From positions 2,594 through 66,593 of the forward strand of contig JAFRLS010000036.1 of assembly GCA_017431105.1 (NCBI GenBank): a DNA stretch of 64,000 nucleotides, read 5' to 3'. Both the position numbers and the translations under genes were made by a program. Of this stretch, positions 9,112 to 18,550 are shown piece after piece. Under the pieces are notes generated by a model. That model was not told the DNA's origin. It searched no databases and worked only from the letters and a program-made list of their open reading frames with translations. The stretch comes from Candidatus Saccharimonadota bacterium. Lineage in GTDB: Bacteria; Patescibacteriota; Saccharimonadia; Saccharimonadales; Saccharimonadaceae. Position 1 is the first letter of the stretch. Each line of letters opens with the position of its first letter.

Positions 9112-9990
9112 ATGTATAAGCAAATTGCCCAGAATAAACGTCGAACCGTTATCATTATGATAATTTTCGTATTGGTGATAGCGGCGATTGCCGGTGCATT
9201 TGCTTATTTTTATAAAGATCCATGGATTGCGGTATGGACTATCGTAGTAGCGATAGTCTATGCTGCGATTCAGTACTTTGCAGCTGGTTCGATTGCGACA
9301 GTAATGACTGGCGCAGAGCAAATTACAAAAAAAGATAATCCGAGACTATATAATATAGTGGAAAATTTGAGCATTACGACTGGGTTACCAATGCCGAAAG
9401 TTTACATCATTAATGATCCAGCGCCGAATGCTTTTGCGACTGGGCGCGATCCGAAACATTCAATTGTGGCGGCTACGACGGGTTTGATGGATATTATGAA
9501 CGATAAAGAATTAACGGCGGTGATGGCTCATGAAATGTCGCATGTGAAAAATTATGATATTCGTGTATCGATGATTGTTTTTGGATTAGTTTGTGTAGTG
9601 GGTTTGATTTCGGATATTGCTTTTAGAATGATGTTTTATGGTAATAGGCGTCGTGATAACGAAGGTAGCCCAATGGGTTATTTATTAATTCTGATTGCGG
9701 CGGTTTTTTCTCCAATCTTAGCAGCGATGGCGCAGATGGCTGTGTCGCGTGAGCGTGAATACTTAGCGGACGCTTCGGCCGTAAATATTACACGTTATCC
9801 AGAGGGGATGATTGATGCTTTAAAAAAATTGCAATCTCATTCACAGCCCATGAAAAGCCAAAATACAGCGGCAGCATCAATGTATATTAATGATCCTTTA
9901 AGAAAAGGCTTTTTTAATAATTTATTTAGCACACATCCACCGATTGAGAAACGTATAGAAAGGCTTGAACATGGCAAAAAAACGTTCTGA
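9112..9990 (+). CDS. htpX: HtpX-like M48 zinc metalloprotease
   Basis: PNAFATG, AHEMSH, SREREYLAD and FSTHP motifs; follows lemA. Confidence 0.92.
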   Translation: MYKQIAQNKRRTVIIMIIFVLVIAAIAGAFAYFYKDPWIAVWTIVVAIVYAAIQYFAAGSIATVMTGAEQITKKDNPRLYNIVENLSITTGLPMPKVYIINDPAPNAFATGRDPKHSIVAATTGLMDIMNDKELTAVMAHEMSHVKNYDIRVSMIVFGLVCVVGLISDIAFRMMFYGNRRRDNEGSPMGYLLILIAAVFSPILAAMAQMAVSREREYLADASAVNITRYPEGMIDALKKLQSHSQPMKSQNTAAASMYINDPLRKGFFNNLFSTHPPIEKRIERLEHGKKTF

Positions 9991-11080
9991 TAAAAAACGT
10001 TCGCATGTTGATTTAAGGAAAAAGACTAAACAAACTAATTCCCGAGATGGCCATGTGAAGTTTTCTGGTAGTAAGATTCGTAAATGCTTTAAATCATTGC
10101 GTCAGCGTTTTGATAGACCTAGTAAAATTAAGCTACATAGGAGTTTCAAACGGTCGTATCGCGAGGATTATAGGCGAAGTATTGAAGTGCCCGGGATTAT
10201 GTATCATATTTTTGCAACCTTTAGGATGATTTTTAAAAATTGGAAATTGTTTTTACCACTATTAATAATAGTAGTGATAATGACGGCTGTCTTGGTGGGG
10301 TTAATGAGTGAATCATCTTATCAGCAATTTCAAGATATCCTCGATCAAACTACGGAAGAGGTTGGATCTGGAGACATCGGTAGTTTTGCTAAGGCTGGTT
10401 TACTTTTGATTTCTACGGTGACTACTGGCGGTTTGTCTGGTGAGTCTAGTGAAGCTAAAACTATTTTCATAGTTTTAATTTTCTTAATCATTTGGTTGGT
10501 GACAATCTTTATTGTAAGGCACCGATTAGCTGGGCATAAGATTAAACTTCGTGATGGCTTGTACAACGCAATGACACCGTTAATTTCTACATTTGTGGTG
10601 TTTGCGGTGGCAGTAATACAGTGCATACCGATTTTCATTTTAATTATTGTTTATTCTGCGGCGGTACAGACAGAATTTCTAGCGACGCCGTTCTATGCTT
10701 TAATATTCTTTATCTTTGCGGCAGTGATGCTGATATTGTCTGGATATTTGCTATCAAGCTCATTAATTGCATTGGTGGCGGTTAGCGCGCCAGGTCTTTA
10801 TCCGCTGAAAGCTTTGCATACGGCTTCGGATTTGATGATGGGTAGAAGAATAAAATTTATCCTAAGACTTATTGCATTATTTTTTGCACTGGCGATAATT
10901 TGGGTGATTGTGATGTTGCCGTTGATATTGTTTGATCTTGGTATGAAAAATTTTGAATGGACTCAGGGGATTCCATTTGTGCCAATCTGTTTGTCGATAA
11001 TGACTTGCTTTACGTGCATTTATGTTACGGTATACCTGTATTTGTATTACAGATGGATGTTGAATTATGATGAAAAGTGA
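9971..11080 (+). CDS. Hypothetical polytopic membrane protein
   Basis: Basic N-terminus followed by about 6 TM segments; overlaps the end of htpX and the start of ligA. Confidence 0.7.
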   Translation: MAKKRSDKKRSHVDLRKKTKQTNSRDGHVKFSGSKIRKCFKSLRQRFDRPSKIKLHRSFKRSYREDYRRSIEVPGIMYHIFATFRMIFKNWKLFLPLLIIVVIMTAVLVGLMSESSYQQFQDILDQTTEEVGSGDIGSFAKAGLLLISTVTTGGLSGESSEAKTIFIVLIFLIIWLVTIFIVRHRLAGHKIKLRDGLYNAMTPLISTFVVFAVAVIQCIPIFILIIVYSAAVQTEFLATPFYALIFFIFAAVMLILSGYLLSSSLIALVAVSAPGLYPLKALHTASDLMMGRRIKFILRLIALFFALAIIWVIVMLPLILFDLGMKNFEWTQGIPFVPICLSIMTCFTCIYVTVYLYLYYRWMLNYDEK

Positions 11081-13064
11081 AGCTGAGGCGCGAATAATTA
11101 AATTACGTGAAATAATTAACGACTATCGTTACCATTATCATGTTTTGGATGAGTCGATTATGTCCGAGTCTGCAGCGGATTCATTAAAACATGAATTGTC
11201 ACAACTCGAAGCAAAATATCCAGAATTAATTACACCGGATTCACCAACGCAAAGAGTAGCTGGTAAGCCGTTAGATAAATTTACTAAAGTGAAACACGAA
11301 AAGCGGATGATTAGCTTGGCGGATGTTTTCTCGCGTGAGGAAATTTTAGACTGGATAAATCGTAATGAAAAACTAGTGCCAGGTGGTAGAATCAAAGAGT
11401 TTTTTACTGATATCAAAATGGATGGACTAGCTTGTGCCTTGAAATATAAGGATGGAGTTTTTGTACGGGCGGTAACGAGAGGTGATGGTTTGGTGGGTGA
11501 AGATGTAACGCAAAATGTGAGAACAATCGAGAATATACCAATTAAAATTGATGAGCTTGGTGAAGTTGAGGTGCGTGGTGAGATAATCATATTTAAGAAG
11601 GATTTTGAGGAATTGAATCGATTGCAACGCGAGAAGGGGGAACCGGAATTTGCGAATCCACGTAATTTGGCGGCGGGCTCGATTCGACAGCTTGATCCGG
11701 CAATTGCGGCTTCTAGGCCACTAAAGTTTATTGCCTATGATTTAGTGAAACCAAATTTACCAACACATAAAGAAGCGTATGAGAAATTGCGTGCTTTGAA
11801 ATTTAGGACTTCGGGTGAGGACAGAGTCTTTGTTGGTAACGATGAAAAAGGCTTGTTTGAATACATAGATAGTTTAGATGAATATCGCAAGGGTTTGCCG
11901 TTTAATACTGATGGTATGGTAATTAAAATTAATGACCGCAAAATCTATGATGAACTTGGTATAGTTGGCAAGACGCCGCGTGCGGCAGTGGCTTTTAAAT
12001 TCCCGGCTGAAGAAACTACAACTAAAGTACGAGATATTGTGATTTCGATTGGACGTACTGGTGCGGCGACGCCGGTGGCGATCTTTGATCCGGTCGTAGT
12101 GGCTGGGACTACCGTGCAGCATGCATCTTTGCATAATGCTGACGAGATCGAAAAGTTGGATGTAAGAATTGGTGACACGGTGATTATTTATAAGGCTGGT
12201 GATATTATTCCGCAAGTAAAAGAAGTATTGGTGACTTTGCGTCCAGAAGGTACGGAAAAATTTGATTTTAAAAAGGCCTTATCTAAGCAATATCCAGAAT
12301 TAGAATTTTATCGTCCAGCTGGCGAAGTGGTTTATCGCGTAAAAGGAGAATCGTCCGACCTGATTCTGAAACGCACAATCGAATATTATGCCTCGAAGTC
12401 AGCATTGAACATTGATGGCTTAGGTGAAAAAAATGTGGTAGCATTGATAGACTCTGGGCTAGTTTCTTCGATTCCTGATTTATACAAATTGACCGTCGAA
12501 GAAGTTGCTAGACTTGAAAGATTTGCGGATCTTTCGGCAACTAATTTGATAAATGCAATTGCGACAACTAAGAATCCGCCACTTAATAAATTTATTACGG
12601 CACTTGGAATTCGGCATGTGGGGGCACAGACCGCTACGTCGTTGGCACGAAAATTTGAAACGATGGATAATTTGATTTCGGTTACAGAAGATGAGCTCTT
12701 GTCGGTAAATGATATCGGTGAAGTAGTGGCAGAATCAATTCTGGCCTATTTTGGTGATGAAGAGAATATAAAGATGCTAAATGAACTAAAATCTCTTGGC
12801 GTATGGCCGCAAGATGAAAAAGATGTTGGTTTGCCTCTTACCGGGCATTCTTATGTTGTGACTGGCACTTTGGCTTCGATGGGACGTGAAGAGGCTGAAG
12901 ATAAACTGCGCTCGCTTGGCGCAACAGTAACTTCTTCCGTAACTAAAAATACTACAGCTTTGATTGTTGGTGATAAGCCGGGAAATAGTAAGATCGAGAA
13001 GGCGAACAGGTTTGGTATCAGAAAAATTGGTGAAGAGGAATTTATAAAATTGATACCTGGTTGA
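11067..13064 (+). CDS. ligA: NAD-dependent DNA ligase
   Basis: KMDG adenylation motif, TRGDG, ANPRNLAAGS, HhH repeats and a C-terminal BRCT domain. Confidence 0.96.
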   Translation: MMKSEAEARIIKLREIINDYRYHYHVLDESIMSESAADSLKHELSQLEAKYPELITPDSPTQRVAGKPLDKFTKVKHEKRMISLADVFSREEILDWINRNEKLVPGGRIKEFFTDIKMDGLACALKYKDGVFVRAVTRGDGLVGEDVTQNVRTIENIPIKIDELGEVEVRGEIIIFKKDFEELNRLQREKGEPEFANPRNLAAGSIRQLDPAIAASRPLKFIAYDLVKPNLPTHKEAYEKLRALKFRTSGEDRVFVGNDEKGLFEYIDSLDEYRKGLPFNTDGMVIKINDRKIYDELGIVGKTPRAAVAFKFPAEETTTKVRDIVISIGRTGAATPVAIFDPVVVAGTTVQHASLHNADEIEKLDVRIGDTVIIYKAGDIIPQVKEVLVTLRPEGTEKFDFKKALSKQYPELEFYRPAGEVVYRVKGESSDLILKRTIEYYASKSALNIDGLGEKNVVALIDSGLVSSIPDLYKLTVEEVARLERFADLSATNLINAIATTKNPPLNKFITALGIRHVGAQTATSLARKFETMDNLISVTEDELLSVNDIGEVVAESILAYFGDEENIKMLNELKSLGVWPQDEKDVGLPLTGHSYVVTGTLASMGREEAEDKLRSLGATVTSSVTKNTTALIVGDKPGNSKIEKANRFGIRKIGEEEFIKLIPG

Positions 13065-13088
13065 CTTTTTTATAATTTTTTGTATAAT
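13061..13088 (+). promoter_or_regulatory. Sigma70-like promoter of the large surface protein
   Basis: TTGACT-16 bp-TATAAT overlapping the ligA stop codon. Confidence 0.55.
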
Positions 13089-13152
13089 CTTGTTTAGAGT
13101 TGGTCTTACAGGCAAAAATAAAAAAGAAAATTTAAAAAATAAAGGGGTCGAT

Positions 13153-16100
13153 ATGAGACTTCGTAAATTTAGTAAATTGAGTTTTTTTACTCTTATAAGA
13201 ACAGTAGTGTTTTTGTTTTCGTTTATAGCGCTGAGTTTTTCTGTGTTCGTTTTTGCAAATACATCTAATACTTATACGACGAAGCTAAAGATAAACGTAG
13301 TTGAACAGTCAGACCCTGATGATCCGATAGATCCCGATGATCCTGTTGACCCCGATGATCCTGTTGATCCTGATGATCCAGTAGACCCTGATGACCCAGT
13401 AGATCCTGATGATCCAGTAGATCCTGATGACCCGGTAGATCCTGATGATCCAGTAGATCCTGATGATTCTGGTGATGCGGATGAAGATATTCTAGTACCA
13501 GACACGGGTGCGAGTATGAACTCTACCAATGCGAGCAAATCTTCTATTTTTGTATTTTTGGCGCTACTATCTTTGTTGGTATTATTATATTTTGTAGCCT
13601 TAAGAAGAAAAAATAATAAGATTCATTTTTCAACTGAGGATAGTATTTCTTCTAAGGTATCAAACTTAATAATATTTATATTGCCCATAGCTACTACTAT
13701 GGCGGCGTTTATGTTGATGAGAGAGGAGGCTAAAGTATTTGCTGATTTCGGTTCTAGTAATACGACTATAAATACCTCCGAAGAAGTAAACATAACGGTA
13801 GAAAAAGGTGGCGAAATTACAGTAGGAGATGGGATAGTCTCGATGCGTACGGATGCAAAATCATTCAAATTGTATGCATACGTAAAAAATAGTGATAGAG
13901 TGAAGGATGGTTCAAATAATTATATCGATTCAATTTCGCAAGGCGGGACTATTTTAGACGAAAATGTTTGGGGATACAGAGTTGGCGATGATAATTTTAG
14001 TGGTTTACCTATCGTAAATACAAGTAATACAAAAGGGCAGCTTATAGTTGAAAGAATACTAGCAAACGGGACCGATAAACAGGCTGAAGTAGATATATCT
14101 TATGGTATAAAGGCAAATAATAATTTGGCCACTGGTCTATATGAGGGGACGATTAGTTATACTGTCTTAACTGATATATCTAGTAGTGGCAGTGGTAGCG
14201 CAGAGATATCAGGTCCAACGACGATAAGTAATACCGGAGGAGATACTATTAATATTAAGACAAGTCTACAAGAATATGGAGACATGGATCTTGGCATTCC
14301 AATAGTTAATATAGGTAGTAAAACATGTACAAGTGCGCAAATACAGAGAGATAATATTGGGTTTATAAATATTTCATGCGTATTACCGCAAAGTGATACA
14401 GGAAGGCAAGATGTTAGTATTAGTATTCCAGATATTGATTGGTCATTTACTATAACAAATGGCGTTGATGTTGTTGATACGGGTGCTGGTGCTAGAATTA
14501 TAAGTGCTGGTAACACGTCGTGCGCGCTCTATATTGGCATTACGAATAAGGCCCGAGAAAACTCCCAATGTTTGCAGAGTGTAATTGATGCTGCTCATAA
14601 TATAGGTGTGCAAAACAATAATACCCAGCAGACTGTTTATGTACCAAAAGGTGAATATTATTTTGCGTGGACTGGGTTTAGGACAAGGAAGCAGAATGGC
14701 GAATTTGTTTATGACACATCGAATGAATATTATTGTATAAAGTTAAGAAGTTATGTCAAAATCGTTGGCGAGAGCGGAAAAAGCGTTATTGATGATAGTA
14801 TAAATTCTAATAACTTTACGATTTTTTATCCATATGATGGAAGTGAATTTTATGATGATAGTTCTTTGCCTGATGAAACGCGATCAAGAGTAGATATGTT
14901 CTACTTCAACGACTACGCCGACAATAGTTTCGCAGATGGTAGCGATACTTATCTTGTGGATGCGGATTTTGAAGATTTCGTGATTGATGGTCGATATACT
15001 ACATCTTCCGCGATAGATAGCTCTGCCGGTAAAGGGTTTATGGTGAATTTGTTCAGGGATTGTGATTGGGATAATGTTGCTGTGCTAAACACAGATGGTA
15101 CTGGTTTTGGTATGGATTGCCCGATAAATAGCACTATCAGCAATAGTCTTGCCGTTGGATGCGGTAAAGGTGTAGGTACTTCTGGGCATGCAGGATTTGG
15201 GATTGGGACCGGGTATGCCGATGACGAAGACTTAATCATACAAGATAGCCGGGCTTACTACAATGGTCAATATGGGTTCTTCTTCGAACATCAAGGTAAA
15301 TGGCGTAACAATGGTACAGTTTATCCGGCAAGAATTATAGGCAATGATTCGGTATTTATAGTAGAAAATTCGTTTGCTGGTTTGAATGCTTATGATTATG
15401 GTGGTGAGAGAGCCTATAATTTATATTATGACGGTAATGAGTCTAATGAATCTAATGGTTATAGAACATATGTGTCAACCAATAGTTTGAAGAGAGAGCA
15501 TGCTTTGTCTCCGGTATTATTGAGCGATCTTTCTACTAATATATATATTGATAGTTTGAATATTACTCGTAATGAATACGGTGACCTGGACAATAGGATT
15601 AATGATGCGAATTGGGCTTTAAGTAAGGGAATAACTACACTGGAATCGGCGACTGATTTCGGTGCGGATAATTCTATATCTAGGGGGGAAGCATTGAGCA
15701 TGTTGTGGCGCTATTTTAATCACACGAATGAAAGCTTGGAGGGTAGTAACAGTTATTTGTATCACAACAATCCAACCGTTTATTATATTGAGCCAATAGC
15801 GAATTTTGGTGGCAATGATTATAAAGTGATACCAAAAATAGACCATTCTGATAGTAGTGATAAATATATCGCTACAGATTGGGCTATTGATAATGATATA
15901 TCTAATGGTGATGGACGAGACCCTAGTGGTGCTTTGATGATGGATTTAGACAATGATTGTAGTAGAATAGATTTTATCATATTCCTGTATAGATTTTCTG
16001 GTGAAGATGTGATGGATGTTATACCAGTAGAGTATAGTGACCTCGATGCGTACCTGAGAACTTTATTCGTGGATGCGGATGATATACGTGTGGCTAGGGG

Positions 16101-16260
16101 CGATATCGGTGTGGATGCTGCAAGTTGGGCGGCTTATCGAGCAATAGTAAATGGAGTAGGCTCTGGGAACCTTGATCCAGAGGGCACGCTTAAGAAAATA
16201 GATGCGGTTACGATGCTGTATAGATATAATGATAATGATAATATAACAGTAAAACCGTAG
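13153..16260 (+). CDS. Large membrane-anchored surface protein: DPDDPV linker, IPT/TIG-like domain, pectate-lyase-like beta-helix, three SLH-like repeats
   Basis: Three N-terminal hydrophobic segments; ENSQCLQSVIDAA...VYVPKGEY beta-helix cap; WALSKGI..SRGEALSMLWRY, WAIDNDI..SRIDFIIFLYRF and WAAYRAIVNG..DAVTMLYRY. Start placed at the ATG after AAAGGGG. Confidence 0.75.
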   Translation: MRLRKFSKLSFFTLIRTVVFLFSFIALSFSVFVFANTSNTYTTKLKINVVEQSDPDDPIDPDDPVDPDDPVDPDDPVDPDDPVDPDDPVDPDDPVDPDDPVDPDDSGDADEDILVPDTGASMNSTNASKSSIFVFLALLSLLVLLYFVALRRKNNKIHFSTEDSISSKVSNLIIFILPIATTMAAFMLMREEAKVFADFGSSNTTINTSEEVNITVEKGGEITVGDGIVSMRTDAKSFKLYAYVKNSDRVKDGSNNYIDSISQGGTILDENVWGYRVGDDNFSGLPIVNTSNTKGQLIVERILANGTDKQAEVDISYGIKANNNLATGLYEGTISYTVLTDISSSGSGSAEISGPTTISNTGGDTINIKTSLQEYGDMDLGIPIVNIGSKTCTSAQIQRDNIGFINISCVLPQSDTGRQDVSISIPDIDWSFTITNGVDVVDTGAGARIISAGNTSCALYIGITNKARENSQCLQSVIDAAHNIGVQNNNTQQTVYVPKGEYYFAWTGFRTRKQNGEFVYDTSNEYYCIKLRSYVKIVGESGKSVIDDSINSNNFTIFYPYDGSEFYDDSSLPDETRSRVDMFYFNDYADNSFADGSDTYLVDADFEDFVIDGRYTTSSAIDSSAGKGFMVNLFRDCDWDNVAVLNTDGTGFGMDCPINSTISNSLAVGCGKGVGTSGHAGFGIGTGYADDEDLIIQDSRAYYNGQYGFFFEHQGKWRNNGTVYPARIIGNDSVFIVENSFAGLNAYDYGGERAYNLYYDGNESNESNGYRTYVSTNSLKREHALSPVLLSDLSTNIYIDSLNITRNEYGDLDNRINDANWALSKGITTLESATDFGADNSISRGEALSMLWRYFNHTNESLEGSNSYLYHNNPTVYYIEPIANFGGNDYKVIPKIDHSDSSDKYIATDWAIDNDISNGDGRDPSGALMMDLDNDCSRIDFIIFLYRFSGEDVMDVIPVEYSDLDAYLRTLFVDADDIRVARGDIGVDAASWAAYRAIVNGVGSGNLDPEGTLKKIDAVTMLYRYNDNDNITVKP
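13312..13467 (+). repeat. 18-bp coding tandem repeat (DPDDPV x8 plus a partial copy)
   Basis: GAyCCnGATGAyCCnGTn units with synonymous variation; the first unit is DPDDPI. Confidence 0.95.
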
Positions 16261-16405
16261 AACCGTAGAACGTGTACGCTTAGTTAGTTTCCAAATAGTT
16301 TGCATTTTAATAAAAAAGAGCGAAAATTTGGAACTTAAGATTTGGGCCTTTTCTTCTCTGCAATACACAACAAAAAAGAGTCCTGCGATGGCAGCAACTC
16401 TGGTG

Positions 16406-16480
16406 TGGTGATCTCGGCGGGAGTCGAACCCGCGTTGTCGGGATGAAAACCCGATGTACTAACCGTTATACTACGAGACC
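16406..16480 (-). tRNA. tRNA-Glu(TTC)
   Basis: Reverse complement reads GGTCTCG...TCGGG-TTTTCAT-CCCGA...GGTTCGACTCC...CGAGATC-A-CCA. Confidence 0.95.
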
Positions 16481-16517
16481 ATCCGTTGATGTCTGTGTGA
16501 TATTATAGCAAAATTCT

Positions 16518-17039
16518 TTAGAAATCGCAAGAGTAGTGATATTCGACGCGGTAGTTGGTTTTTTCAAATGGTGGTTCAGGAAAGATTTGCATATAAGTTT
16601 TGTTTTCATCACAATAAGCAGTCAGTATATCGGCGGCGGTGGCGTAACGTTGGTTATCAAATAATAGAAGTTGTCGAAGCGTGATTGTTGAAAAACCTGG
16701 AGTTTCGTAGCGTTTCATTTTTTCAGCTAGGATATTTGGGTTTTGCATTTCGGCGACGGCGGTGAATTGAGGATAAAAATAATTTTCATAATAATCTGTG
16801 GTAATGGCTTCGATTTTTTGTTTCACGATTCGTTCAGGAGTCAAAAACACTCTTGACAAGATTGCAAGTACAACCATAAGCATTGCCATAATAATCACTA
16901 TCAGGATTATATGTCTAGATGCGGAAAAAATTTTGTGGTTAGTCGCTTTAGAACGAGAAAGTTTAGATGATTGAACACGGGTACGTGGGATATGTAAAAA
17001 AGCGCTACCGGTTTTTTTGTGATTTGAAGATTTCTTCAT
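16518..17039 (-). CDS. Hypothetical single-pass membrane protein
   Basis: Basic N-terminus and one TM; TGGTAAGAT lies 6 nt upstream of the ATG. Confidence 0.65.
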   Translation of the reverse strand: MKKSSNHKKTGSAFLHIPRTRVQSSKLSRSKATNHKIFSASRHIILIVIIMAMLMVVLAILSRVFLTPERIVKQKIEAITTDYYENYFYPQFTAVAEMQNPNILAEKMKRYETPGFSTITLRQLLLFDNQRYATAADILTAYCDENKTYMQIFPEPPFEKTNYRVEYHYSCDF

Positions 17040-17088
17040 AACTTTATCTTACCATAAGGACTTTATTATGGTAATATATATGTTGTAT

Positions 17089-18522
17089 ATGAGTAAACTT
17101 TTTAAGAGAACGAAAATATTAGCAACAATTGGTCCGGCTACAAATTCTGCAGAAAAGGTAGAAGAGGTGATTATGGCTGGAGCAAATGGTTGCAGATTGA
17201 ACTGTTCACATGGGTCTAATGAGGAACGTGACCAGCAAATTAAGTGGATTCGAGCTGCGGCTGAGAAAAAAGGTAGGTCGGTAGCGATTTTGCAGGATTT
17301 GCAAGGTCCGAAGATTCGTTTAGGCATGATTCGTGACAATCGGTTAGACCTGAAAAAAGGTGATGAATTGATTCTAGAATCGGCAGAAGGTTTTGAACAT
17401 GATGGCGGAATGACGGTGCCAATACAGTATAATTTAGCGGAAAAAGTGAAAGTAGGCGAACCACTGTCAATGTTTGATGGTAAGGTGAAGAGCGAAGTAG
17501 TTGAAATCGTTTCGAATACTGCTATTAAAGTGGAGATTCAAAATGATGGCTTTATTATGTCTAAGAAAGGCTTGAACTTACCAGATACGGATTTTGGTGG
17601 TGATATTTTGACACCGAAGGATTTGGCGGATATTGAATATGGTGCGAATTGTGACTATGACTACGTTTCACTTTCTTTCGTACAGAGTGCAAGCGATATT
17701 GATAAATTAAAGCAGATTTTATTATCGCACGGATCAACAGCAAAAGTAATTGCGAAAATTGAGACTAAAAAAGCAATTTCGTCTGATGAGCATCTTGAAG
17801 AAATTGTTAAAGCGGCAGATGGAATTATGGTAGCGCGTGGTGATATGGCGGTAGAGGCGGGGGCTGAGGTAGTACCAATAGTGCAGAGAAAATTAATTGC
17901 GATGTGTCGTGCGCATGCGAAATTATGCATAGTAGCAACGCAGATGTTGTCGTCCATGGTGGATTCGCCGGAGCCAACTAGGGCAGAAGTCTCAGATGTA
18001 GCTACTGCGGTTGTGCAAGGTGCTGATGTAGTGATGTTGTCTGATGAGACTGCGAATGGCAATTATCCAGTGGAAACGGTCAAAGAAATGAAGAAGGTAA
18101 TTCTGTATACACAGAATCATTCACGTATAGCGCCCATTTCTCGTTTACCAGAAGGCGAAAAGGAAGTTTATGATGCGATTTCGAATGCGACAGCGAGATT
18201 GGCTGAAAAAATAGATGCTGATGTGATTGTTTGTCAAACAGCTTCTGGGGTAACGGCGACCACAATGGCAGCTCAGCGCCCGAATGTACCAATCGTTTCG
18301 GTGACTTCGAATCCACGCGTAGCCAATCAATTAGCGTTAATCTATGCAAATTCGGCTTTCGTGAGACCGTATTCGGAAGAATTTGGGCTTGAATTAGCTA
18401 AAGAACTTAAAAGCTTAGATTATCTGAAAACTAAAGAGGGTGAGAAGGATTTGTTGGCAGTAATTGTGTCTGGTGACAAGGATAAAGTTGGTACCGATAC
18501 AATTCGCGTAAGATACATTTAA
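17089..18522 (+). CDS. pyk: Pyruvate kinase
   Basis: RTKILATIGPA, DLQGPKIR, IAKIE, MVARGD and MLSDETA motifs; start could be 17068 or 17080. Confidence 0.96.
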   Translation: MSKLFKRTKILATIGPATNSAEKVEEVIMAGANGCRLNCSHGSNEERDQQIKWIRAAAEKKGRSVAILQDLQGPKIRLGMIRDNRLDLKKGDELILESAEGFEHDGGMTVPIQYNLAEKVKVGEPLSMFDGKVKSEVVEIVSNTAIKVEIQNDGFIMSKKGLNLPDTDFGGDILTPKDLADIEYGANCDYDYVSLSFVQSASDIDKLKQILLSHGSTAKVIAKIETKKAISSDEHLEEIVKAADGIMVARGDMAVEAGAEVVPIVQRKLIAMCRAHAKLCIVATQMLSSMVDSPEPTRAEVSDVATAVVQGADVVMLSDETANGNYPVETVKEMKKVILYTQNHSRIAPISRLPEGEKEVYDAISNATARLAEKIDADVIVCQTASGVTATTMAAQRPNVPIVSVTSNPRVANQLALIYANSAFVRPYSEEFGLELAKELKSLDYLKTKEGEKDLLAVIVSGDKDKVGTDTIRVRYI

Positions 18523-18550
18523 AAATAAGTGGGTGTGGCAGAAGGTTTTT

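Noticed and set aside
13272-13538. Minus-strand Ser/Gly repeat ORF (GSSGST)n
   Set aside because: Antisense shadow of the DPDDPV repeat, with no expression signals.
16253-16268. AACCGTAG tandem duplication at the surface-protein stop as a target-site duplication
   Set aside because: No matching copy seen at the other end of the gene and no mobile element; likely slippage.
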